Origin: Owenia fusiformis
Lineage: Eukaryota
Assembly (NCBI GenBank): GCA_903813345.2
Contig: CAIIXF020000001.1
Coordinates: forward strand, 46,500,001-46,564,000
DNA length: 64,000 nt
Direction of reading: 5' to 3'
In this document: positions 40,455-51,769 of the stretch, piece after piece
Position numbering within the stretch: position 1 is the stretch's first letter
Layout of the letters: every line of letters starts with the position of its first letter
Position numbers and translations under genes: made by a program
The notes under the pieces: generated by a model
Databases searched by the model: none
Seen by the model: only the letters and a program-made list of their open reading frames with translations
Told to the model about the DNA's origin: nothing

Positions 40455-42450
40455 TAAGATTGTTGGCAATTCTGAGAGAAGTGTAAAACAGATTGCACAA
40501 TCCAGATTGCAGATTGCACACATTGCAACAATCTGCACATTGCAACATTGCTAACATTGTTAAGATTGTTGTCCATTCTGAGAGAAGTATAAGACAGATT
40601 GCACAATCCAGATTGCAGTTTGCACACATTGCAACAATCTGCACATTGCAAGATTGCTAACATTGTTAAGATTGTTGACCATCCTGAGGGAAGAAGTATA
40701 AAACAGATTGTACAATCCAGATTGCAGTTTGCACACATTGCAACAATTTGCACATTGCAACATTGCTAACATTGTTAAGATTGTTGACCATTCTGAGGGG
40801 AGAAGTATAAAACAGATTGTACAATCTAGATTGCAGTTTGCACACATTGCAACAATCTGCACATTGCAACATTGCTTAGATTGTTAAGATTGTTTATTGA
40901 GATTGTTGGCCATTCTTAATAGTATAAAACAGATTGTACAATCCAGATTGCAGTTTGCACACATTGCAACAATGTGCACATTGCAACATTGCTAACATTG
41001 TTAAGATTGTTGGCCATTCTGAAAGGAAAAGTATAAAACAGATTGCACAATCCAGATTGCAGTTTGCACACACTGCAACAATCTGCACATTGCAACATTG
41101 CTAACATTGTTAAGATTGTTGGCCATTCTTAAAGGAGAAGTATAAAACAGATTGTACAATCCAGATTGCAGTTTGCACACATTGCAACAATCTGTACATT
41201 GCAACATTGCTAACATTGTTAAGATTGTTGACCATTCTGAGGAGAGTAGTATAAAACAGATTGTACAATCCAGATTGCAGTTTGCACACATTGCAACAAT
41301 CTGTACATTGCAACATTGCTAACATTGTTAAGATTGTTGGCCATTCTAAGAGAAGTATAAAACAGATTGTACAATCCAGATTGCAGTTTGCACATATTGC
41401 AACAATCTGTACATTGCAACATTGCTAAGATTGTTAAGATTGTTGGCCATTTTGAGACGAGAAGAATAAAACAGATTGCACAATCCAGATTGCAGATTGC
41501 ACACATTGCAACAATCTGCACATTGCAACATTGCTAACATTGTTAAGATTGTTGACCATTCTGAGGGGAGAAGTACAAAACAGATTGTACAATCCAGATT
41601 GCAGATTGCACACATTGCAACAATCTGCACATTGCAACATTGCTAACATTGTTAAGGTTGTTGGTCATTCTGAGGGGAGAAGTACAAAACAGATTGTACA
41701 ATCCAGATTGCAGATTGCACACATTGCAACAATCTGCACATTGCAACATTGCTAACATTGTTAAGATTGTTGGTCATTCTGAGGGGAGAAGTATAAAACA
41801 GATTGCACAATCTAGATTGCAGATTGCACACTTTGCAACAATCTGCACATTGCAACATTGCTAACATTGTTAAGATTGTTGGTCATTCTGAGGGGAGAAG
41901 TATAAAACAGATTGCACAATCTAGATTGCAGATTGCACACTTTGCAGCAATCTGCACATTGCAACATTGCTAAGATTGTGAAGATTGTTGGCCATTCTGA
42001 GAGAAGCATAAAACGGATTGTACAATCCAGATTGCAGTTTGCACACATTGCAACAATGTGCACATTGCAACATTGCTAACATTGTTAAGATTGTTGGTCA
42101 TTCTGAAAGGAGAAGTATGAAACAGATTGCACAATCCAGATTGCAGTTTGCGCACATTGCAACAATCTGCACATTGCAACATTGCTAACATTGTTAAGAT
42201 TGTTGGTCATTCTGAGAGAAGTATAAAACAGATTGTACAATCCAGATTGCAGATTGCACACATTGCAACAATCTGCACATTGCAACATTGCTAACATTGT
42301 TAAGAGTTTTGGCCATTCTGAGAGAAGTATAAAACAGATTGTACAATCCAGATTGCAGATTGCACACATTGTAACAATCTGCACATTGTAACATTGAGAG
42401 AAAAGTATAGAACAGATTGCAATTCAGATTGCAGATTGTCAACAATCTTA
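40455..42450. repeat. ~107-110-bp tandem satellite, ~18 copies
   Basis: Unit ...CCATTCTGAGGGGAGAAGTATAAAACAGATTGTACAATCCAGATTGCAGTTTGCACACATTGCAACAATCTGCACATTGCAACATTGCTAACATTGTTAAGATTGTTG. Confidence 0.97.
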
Positions 42451-44008
42451 CAAAAAAATGCAATGTGTAAGTGATTTAACATAGGAGTCAATGGAGAAAC
42501 AGATTGTTTTCAGGTTGCTGGAGGTACCCTATTGGCCATAGCTAGACAAGTTCTGCCAGAAAACTGAATTTTAAAATGGCCGTCGGTGTTAGTACAACGT
42601 GTGTGCCATTTCACGTTGTTCCTTAACCTGGAAATGTAGGTGGAGCAGTTTTGTTGAAAGTTTATATGTGAATGTTTCAGAGCATATTACACTCAGACCA
42701 ATTTGGCTGATAGGCAGATACTCGGCCATGGCTGTTCCCTAGGACTTGCTACTCCATGACGTTGCTGTTATCTAATTTCATAAGTTTCTCAGTTGAAATA
42801 CTAGAATCTGATTGATCAATAAGCGGTGAAAAAATACCCATGGTATTGCAAGATAATGATTTTAGAACAGAACTAGAAAAAGAACTTAAACTATGCATGA
42901 ATTCCGTGATCATAAACTACCGCGAAATAATGAGTAGTAAATAAAATGTAGAAACCTATTACTAAATGATAGAATTAATGAAACAGATAAGTATGAAACT
43001 AATATTGAATTAACTTAGATTCAATAAACGCATATATAATGATTTGCTAGAGGCCAAGAGGTGCGAAAACATAAGTCTTTGAGTAATATGTGAACGTCTG
43101 ATCCGTTTTCTAGAGCCTGTAAATTTGATTTGCTTCAACGAAATGAATTTGAATTTATTGAAATAGTCAGTTGACGTTTATATCCATGTATTCATTCAGC
43201 AGATTTTTTACTATTCAAGACGCGTCGGATTTGATTGACATCGAAGGTCTGCGCTCAACCATGTTATGCTGTCCATGTAGAACAAACCTATTTCCCCTAG
43301 TACTACAAATTATGAAATCAAGTAGCTAGCAATCTGTTTTTCAACAATTCTAAAATTTGATTGCAAATGACAAAAAATGATTTGAAGAATTAAAATCTTT
43401 TTTTTCAAAAATGGTATATACTGTTTCATCGCTTTATATAAATTATGTACATGTACTAATAACCAATGTATGTTTTTGAAAAACTAACAATGAACGTAGT
43501 CATATTGGGCTATAATAAAAAATTAATTGACAAGAATCAAAAACACAATAATCCCGCTATTATGTTACCATATAACGGATAAGAATTTAATGACCCCTTT
43601 ATCATATGCGGCAATCTTATTACACAGCTTTATTAGCTTATCCTCAAACAGGCTAGTTAGATCCACATATAAAACGTGGACATTTATCATCGAAGAATTG
43701 GATCTGTTACGCGAGAACAAATATTTTTTCTTCCAGTCTGATGAATTGTGAGTCAAAATACGACATGCCCAGTCGTTTACACTAATGTCGTTAGATCAAT
43801 TAAGCATACAGTTTTAACACACTATGGCCCCTTATTTTCAAAAATAATTTGAGATCGCCAAATATTTCTTCCGTATCTACGATGAGATGTACCTAAAAGG
43901 TGGAACATTTTGAGGTACGAACCATTTCTGAGTACAATTATCTGAAAACCAAATGAAGTTACCTTTGCTTCATTTGGCGTAAATATGATAAAAAGTAATT
44001 GTACATAC

Positions 44009-44215
44009 CTGTATGGTATTCTAAACGCAAAAATCTACAGGTCCTCGCTCAGTGAGTCAACTCAATGTGGGTGCGCAAGTCCTCGTTGCACAAGTCCGCT
44101 TTTAAAGTTCTGCTTTTCTAGCGTTCTTGATCAAGTTCTTGAAGTCTTCCAAATATATCTGCTTTATGTTGTGCAAATGAAAAAGGACAGGCACACCAAA
44201 CACCCGTCTTATATA
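44009..44215 (-). promoter_or_regulatory. Candidate TATA promoter and non-coding first exon, possibly of the kinin precursor
   Basis: Minus strand: TATATAAG (44215-44208), Inr-like TCATTT (44180-44175), ~170 nt free of ATG, donor CAG|GTATGT at 44009/44008. Confidence 0.4.
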
Positions 44216-45784
44216 AACTCAAAAACTTGAATATAATTGTAATTATAGAATTTTATGACGATTGCTAGTAGATAGCTAGATATGTTTGCGATGAAGTTTT
44301 ACGTAGGCCGAAGCGCAATAATATATAATATATCATTACGATACACCAGAGAGGTGATCGATAAAATGATTTTCGGGAAAGATGAGATGCACTTGGTGCT
44401 TTCTGATACCTACAGCCTGCAGGTGAATCTTTGTTGTGCACGATATCAATGGGGATGTGAAATATCATCTTCGTGATTAAATCTACATTTCTTTTTCTCT
44501 ATACGGTTATTTTTCATTATATTAAGTAATGTGCCTTTTAAACACATATTTTGAGGGCATTTATCCGTTTTGTTTGCACTCTGGTTGTGGCTTGCTCTAT
44601 TGATTTATTACTCTATTGCATGCCTTTTAATCATTCTTAATGATGTCGCTCAACTTAACCACCATCGTGATTGCTTTTCATGAGTTTGCTTTGTGTGCGC
44701 TCATTATGAATCGCGTTATCGAAAATGGTGCAATCGGGGAACAAATGTTGAAAGCAAATGAACTAAAAAAACTGACGACAATCAACATATTTCAAAGCGC
44801 TGATAACTTTGAACTTTGGCCAAAACAGTAATTGTTGTCCGCCCTAGTACGAACAAGACGGATGATACCACGTAAGATATTTATTGAATGCATGCGAAGA
44901 AAATACAGCTTGTTTCTTAAGAGAAAGTTGTAAATGTTGTAAAAATAATCAAATTGACAGTTTCCAATATCCTTGACGCACCTCTTAATAATTAGGTTTA
45001 ATCGTTCGCAAAGAACAATCAAAGCTCTGTGACATGTAATTTGATTTATAGCTCTCCTACAATCTTTGTGGCTTTTGAGGAGATTTTATGTTGTTATACA
45101 GAGGTATTTAATAGGAACCCGAGGATAGGAATAAGAATCGATTTGTCTACTCAGCAATAGAAGTGACGTCTTGTACAGTCGCCAAAAAGTGGACAGAGTG
45201 TAACTCAGTTTTCTTTATGAGCCAATTATTCTAGAGGTCCATGGTTATATTAACACGTCATGTACATTTTATTATATCCGTAGTCATATTGAGCAAAAAT
45301 TTGTATTTACATATTACCTAATGTAGGAATGTGTATTTAATATTTTAATTAGAAATACTACTAAGATGCAAACTTTTTGCAAGGGTCAAATTTCAGTCTG
45401 AGAGTCAACACAGTATTTCATATGACTACAGTGCATTATGTAACCAATCACTGCACTGAAGGATCTAACCCCCCATCCAAACATAACATTTTTATCATAC
45501 TTGTTAACCAACTTCACATTGTAATTATGAGGGTTTTATTTACATGACGTTATGGGTGGCCCCCAAAATAAGGGAGGGTCCCAAAAAGAAGAAAATAGGG
45601 CCCTGATCTTGAAAAATAATACCGAAATTTTTTTAAATCATTGCTATTAAGGAACACAACTCGGAAAATTTAGTCCCTACGGGCATGTACATGTCAACTT
45701 TTCCGCCGCTTTCATTTTTAATTAGACTATAATTATAAAATGTAAAAGAATAAATAAACCATATTTAGTATTTTTACCCGAGCT

Positions 45785-45972
45785 CAAGGAGGATTGGAAG
45801 CCAGGGTTCCAACTCGATATTCTTTAATCTCCACGCATGCGTCATTTGCTATTCGTGTCTGTATAATTTGTACGACTGCATGGAGAATGACCCGATACTC
45901 TCCAACAAAGCTATCGCTAGGTGATTGTTTTGCAGAATATCGGTGTTGCATTCTGGGAGCCAATCCTCCTTG
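45785..45972. mobile_element. MITE with CAAGGAGGATTGG termini; a further end copy lies at ~24146-24185
   Basis: CAAGGAGGATTGGAAGCCAGGGTTCCAACTCGATATTCT / AGAATATCGGTGTTGCATTCTGGGAGCCAATCCTCCTTG. Confidence 0.6.
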
Positions 45973-47044
45973 CCCGAGCTTGAGAAAGCTGTTAAATGCG
46001 TTGTCGTAATTTACGGCGGCCATAGTTGGATGTTGGCTATAGCGAATTATATTGTAGCAGAGCACTGTTCTTACACAGAAACCTATTGCTTTATGGTAAA
46101 CTTTGATTTTGTTTTTTTGTTTTTTAACTTTAGTTAAAAATGAATTAATTGCTATTTTCCGCAGAGTACGCGCTTCTAACATAGAGCATATGAAAGGGAG
46201 GAGTGGCTTGTTTCCCGCGGAGGGAGTATACTAAATTTTGCAGTCAGTTCTACACCCGGTTTTGCACAAAAACGTAGAGGATGAGAAGAAGTCACAGTGA
46301 CATTGTCTGTTGTACAGTACTCGAATCTCTAGCCAATTACTAATTAGGCTACTTGCACATTCGTGGCCGAAGAAGATAAACCCCTCCCTCTTAAACTCTG
46401 AAGATAATATTAGGGGGTGAAGGGGGGATGTGTATGTTTGGAATTTTTATCAGTCATCGTCATGTAATTTTCAGGATTCAAACATGACTGCAGCATACAT
46501 GTACTTATAAGAAACAAAAAGACCTCGTTCTGCCAACTAACCCAGACAATCGGCGGTTCCAATATATTAGAAGTTACATTCTGAGTTCTAGAATGCATTG
46601 AGGTAGGTTTCTTAAGTGGAAGGGGCGTAGATAAATTTGGAGTAGCCAAATACAGATACCCTATCCCGGGTATCCAATAATGAATGTTCTACGTGTATCA
46701 ATTTATTGCTGTTTTATTTGTCTAAAATCTTGTCTTATGTTGTTGTTATGGGAAGTGCGCATGCGTCATTAATGGCGGATGTTTTCTTCTCTTACGAAAA
46801 TTAAATCATAATTACAACGATTACCTGCGCAATTCTAATTTATTCTCGATAAAACCTCCAGATTTTAATAACTTACATACTTACTTCTAATAATCAACGA
46901 CATTTAAATTATAGCAGGACCCCCTTTTGGGGATAAATCAGTTTTAATTTTCGTATTTTTCAAACTTCGGTTTTCGCGGTATTTTTCATATTTTTGCGCG
47001 AATTTTCTTATTTTCAGCTTACGGGTTTTACCTACCTCTTCGTC

Positions 47045-50000
47045 ATGGGTTTCCAAGGATATGGATTGCTCCTTCTCTGCTTTGTTTTCGCAGTCCAGTC
47101 ATTTTTCTGTGATCATGGAAACCACTTACCTTCAACAGAGTCATACACACAGTTGATGCAACTGCGACGTTTCCATAAGATTGTTGGCTCTCGTGGAATC
47201 CTTCACAAGAAATCTTCCACACCACTGCTCTTCCTATGTCTTATTCTTAGTGGTGACATCCACCCAAACCCAGGTCCTGTTAAATTTCCCTGCGGTATGT
47301 GCCACAAAGCAGTTGCCAAGAATCATCGCGCCCTTGAATGCGATGAATGCGGTACATGGGTACACATCAAATGTGGCAATGTTTCCCCTGCTGAGTACAA
47401 TGTTTTTCTTGAAGCGGGCAGTTTCACTTGGATCTGTCCTGGATGTGCTCTACCTAATTTTTCCAACAGCTTCTTCAATGACTCCACTCTTTCTCATTCC
47501 TCGGTAACAAACTCCTTCAGCGCTCTCTCTGATCTTGACAATCTGTCATCATCATCTGATTCTACCGAATCAGAACCACCGAGGCCGACTGCACGAAAGA
47601 GGCGAAACCAGGTTCGCCTCATGTCTATCAACTTCCGCAGTCTAATTAGTCATGAGAAGCAACTACACCTTCAACAACTAATTGAAACTCACAAGCCAGA
47701 TGTCATCATAGGCTGTGAGACTCACCTGGACAACACCATCGACAGCAAATGGATATTCGGTCAAGACTACCTTAGCCCACCTCCATACAGGAAAGACCGA
47801 AAGAAAGGTGCTGGCGGTGTCCTAATCGCAGTCAAAAGTGACTTCATATCAGTCGAATATGAAGCGACAGCTGATTGCGAAATCATATGGTCCAAAGCAT
47901 CTCTATCAAATGGGGACATACTGTTTGGATCCTTCTATCGTCAACCAAACAACGATACTGGTGCTTTGGACTCGCTCCAAACATCCCTCGATAAACTTTA
48001 TGCTAATGGTAATACACATACAGCGGTGGCGGTAGGCATATATTTTTGTGAGTCATCATGACTCAGGTAGTTTCAAAAAAGTGAGTCACAAGAAAAAAAG
48101 TTGAGTCAAAGCTATAAAAGTGTTTTTCTTGAGTAAAAATGCATACAAAATGTAGAAACCACATACAAAATCTATTTTTTGATTTTGTGCATACCTTTTA
48201 TTGTACTCTTATAGCACATTAACAACTAACAATTAATTAATTAGGCAATTGCAAGAAAAATGTCACTATTAATCATCTGATTATCTGGTCCAGCGAGTCA
48301 TGGGTGTGAAACTGTGAATGGAGTGGGAGAGGAGTTTCTCCCTGTGTGGAGTTACACAAATTGGGGTCAAAGCGTTTCATGTTGAAATTCAACATTTTTG
48401 CAATCATTCCAAAGTCTAAAACGGCAATATAAGTCCGACCACAATACTGGGCATCATTTAAATTGAATACGGTAGAATCATGTAATTATAGCTGATCAAA
48501 TGAAACCGAAAGTAGATTTGTTTTCATACCTAATTTATCATCATTACCCCCCTTAATGTGCGATCGACTGGATTTTCATGTGCCCATTATCTATCTTCAT
48601 AGGATCAGCTTCAGATCTAGTGAATCGAAGATCTTAACTTGAGGGAGTTAATTGAAAATACTTGGTGAAAACTTACGATAGATCGGTCACTGTGAGCACC
48701 ATTGATAAACCTACTGCGCATTACATCTGCGCATGCTGATGAGGGGGACGGCTCAAGGAAACTTGCTAACTTAGCGAAGGAATTTTGCGAACTTGCGAAG
48801 GAAACTAAAGGTTCGTAAATCTAGCGTGTGAACATTCAAGGGAAGATTTTATGCGGTAATTTAGATAAATATACGATCACTAAAATCCTTAGAAGGGAGT
48901 ATGAAATTAATAAATTATTGTTCAATGTTATGTTCGTTTTATTGCATTTTTGATACGCCCCCTAGCAACGTGCTTCACGAGATAAACAAATCGAGGGATC
49001 GATCAATGTTTTCAAGTTTATCATTGAATCTGAATCACAGGGCTTTAAAAATTATATGAAATACCGAAATGAGAAAATGATCGGTAGGAAGGAGGCTCGA
49101 TTGCGCTGAACGAAATGTTAGATATCCGGAATTAGCAAAATTATAAATTTGATCAATCACGTATTTTCACGTATAGGGATCAATTTAACCAAGTACCAAG
49201 CGGGGATTTTGCATGTGAAACAAACGTGCGTCAGAAAGACTCGGTAGACAATGAATATTTGCGTCAGAGTTGCAAAAATGTGAGTAAAAAACGTAAAAAA
49301 TTGCGTTAACGCCACCTCTGACATATGAAAAACATCTTCCTATGTGGTGACTTCAACTTACCAGACATCGATTGGGAGGATGGAACTATAAGGCCTAATT
49401 CTCAATATTCTAATGATCTTAATGAGAAGATGATTACAATAACTGATGATCATGGCCTAACCCAATTAGTCAAGGAACCAACTAGACAAAATAACATCCT
49501 TGACTTAGTATTCACTACATGCCCAAACCTCGCAGAAAGAATCTCGGTGGTTCCGGGCATGAGTGATAACGAGGCAGTCCTATGTGATATAAACCTAAAA
49601 ATGAAAATTCAGAAAAAGAAGCCTCGTAAGGTCCACATATACAAGCGGGCAGAATGGACTGGACTTAAAGAGACTCTACGATCTAAGTTCAGCGAATTCA
49701 AAGAGAACTGTGAAAGTAGATCAGTTGAAGACAACTGGTCCTCCTTCAAATCTACATTAATATCGTCAATCAATGAGCATATTCCAAGTAAAACTCTAAG
49801 TGGGAAATTCAAAGTACCCTGGATTACCACCAGGATACTGAGAATGATCCGACAGAAACAAAGACGATATAATGTTGCCAAACGTTCAAATGAACCTCAT
49901 CATTGGCATAAATACAAATCACTACGGAAATTAATCCATAGTGAAATTCGTAAAGAACATCAGCGCTACATCAACGATCTGCTTGACATTGATGAAAACG

Positions 50001-51769
50001 AAATCATAAATGAGAATGTTCAGCACAAAGGCATTACCAAACGCTTCTGGAGCTATATAAAGTCTAAACGCAAAGATGCATCAGGTATCAGCGTGCTGCG
50101 TAACAAAGATGGCGACGAAATAACAGACGCCGCCCAGAAAGCAAACATCCTCAATGACCAATACAATTCTGTATTCACAGATGAGGATGCCACTCTACCG
50201 ACAATGGTACCTAGTCAAATTCCTGAAATGCCAAATATCAAAATTTCGACAAAAGGAATTCACAAATTGCTAACTGGCCTAAATCCATCAAAAGCCACTG
50301 GACCCGATCTTATTCCGACTAGGGTCCTGAAGGAATGCAGTGACAGCATATCACCATTCCTTCAAATAATTTTTCAACAGTCTATCGATGAAGGATTAGT
50401 GCCTTTGGACTGGAAACATGCCAATGTTACTGCTATCTACAAAAAGGGACGAAGAGATGAGGCTGTGAATTACAGGCCTGTATCTCTGACGTCAGTTCCA
50501 TGTAAAATAATGGAACATATTATATTCCATCATGTTATGGCCCACTTTGACCTCTATGAAATTCTAGTAAAATTCCAACATGGATTCAGGTCAAAGCACT
50601 GATGTGAAACACAACTTGTCAATACAATAGAGAATATAGCTCGGGCCCTCGACAACAATAAACAAACAGACATGTTGGTATTAGACTTTTCCAAAGCGTT
50701 TGACACGGTGGCTCACGAACGCCTCTTGCTCAAACTCGACTATTATGGAATTCGCAATAATAACTTGAACTGGTTCAGATCCTGGCTTGTGGGAAGATCA
50801 CAACAGGTAGTGCTCGATGGTGAATCAAGTTCAAAAACTCCAGTAAAATCAGGAGTTCCTCAAGGAACAGTTCTTGGACCACTCTGTTTCCTTGTTTATA
50901 TCAATGATATGGGCAATAACCTATCATCCTCAGCCAGTCTTAAGCTTTTTGCCGACGACAGCCTTTTATTCATGACAGTCGAAAGCAAGCAAGATGCATT
51001 AACACTACAGGAGAATCTTGATAAACTGGTCTCCTGGGCATCAACATGGCAAATGAAATTCCATCCATCAAAATGCTATGTGCTGAATATTCACAAAGGT
51101 AAATCCCCTATCATGCACAATTACACCATGCTAGGGGAAAACCTTAAGTCGGTAACACACATCCCATACCTAGGAATTGACATCACAAATAACTTACGCT
51201 GGACTACACATATTCAAACTATTGTATCCAAAGCCAATAAGGTGCTTGGATTTCTCAGGCGCAACCTCCATCAATGCCCTGAAAAAGTGAAGGCTCAGGC
51301 GTATAAGTCACTAGTCCGGCCTAATTTAGAGTATGCCAGCTCGGCATGGGATCCATACCGACAAAAAGATATTGATATGTTGGAACAGGTACAGAGAAGA
51401 GCAGCCAGGTTTGTAACCAAATGTCACTCAAGGGAACCAGGCTGCGTCACCAAAGCTCTTCAAGACCTACAGTGGGAGCCACTGAAGGAGCGTCGAGAGG
51501 CTGCTAGAGTTTTCCTTTTCTACAAAGGAAAGCAGAACCTAGCAGCCATCGACGTGCCTCCATACTTCCGCCAACAGATCAATACCAACACTAGGTTGTA
51601 TCATCCTTCTAAGTTCATACAACCATCAGCTAGAACGGATGTATACAAATTTAGCTATTTCCCTAGGACAATAGCTAAATGGAACACTGTACCTGGTGAC
51701 ATCTTAGACTGTGACAGTCTAAGTAGTTTTAAATCATCATACTATGCCTATGTCAATAACTGCAATTAA
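47045..51769 (+). pseudogene. LINE single ORF (leader/2A-like-PHD-APE-RT), ~1139 aa reconstructed. Disrupted by insertion 48021-49320 and in-frame TGA at 50600-50602.
   Basis: Removing the insertion plus one ACATA copy restores the frame (ANGNTHMKNIFLCGDFN). ORFs 49325-50602 and 50672-51769 are in the same frame, separated by one TGA in GFRSKH*CETQL. Confidence 0.9.
48021..49320. mobile_element. Non-autonomous hAT-like DNA transposon with 5-bp TSD (hAT5-like)
   Basis: TIRs CAGCGGTGGCG / CGCCACCTCTG. ACATA duplicated at 48016-48020 and 49321-49325. Subterminal TGAGTCA/GCGTCA motifs. No ORF. Confidence 0.85.

Larger units (their letters stand above)
37477..42529. mobile_element. Putative ~5-kb inverted-repeat DNA element with satellite-bearing arms
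   Basis: Ends ta-GGTACCCC..AAAACAAT and ATTGTTTT..GGAGGTACCC-ta. 37490-37650 is a degenerate inverted copy of the 109-bp unit. The flanks look like two halves of a Helentron-like repeat. Confidence 0.55.

Noticed and set aside
40455..42450. CRISPR-like array or Cys-rich (metallothionein-like) ORFs
   Set aside because: Units are contiguous with only a short variable purine tract, there are no unique spacers or cas genes, and the unit length shifts frame. The ORFs are satellite translations.
46994..47044. ORF-track starts at TTG/GTG codons (46994, 20749, 53132)
   Set aside because: Eukaryotic DNA; the first in-frame ATGs (47045, 20743, 53147) were used instead.
50600..50602. In-frame TGA as selenocysteine or programmed readthrough
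   Set aside because: The position is normally Ser (one substitution from TCA), and the 3' UTR hairpins lack convincing SECIS geometry.
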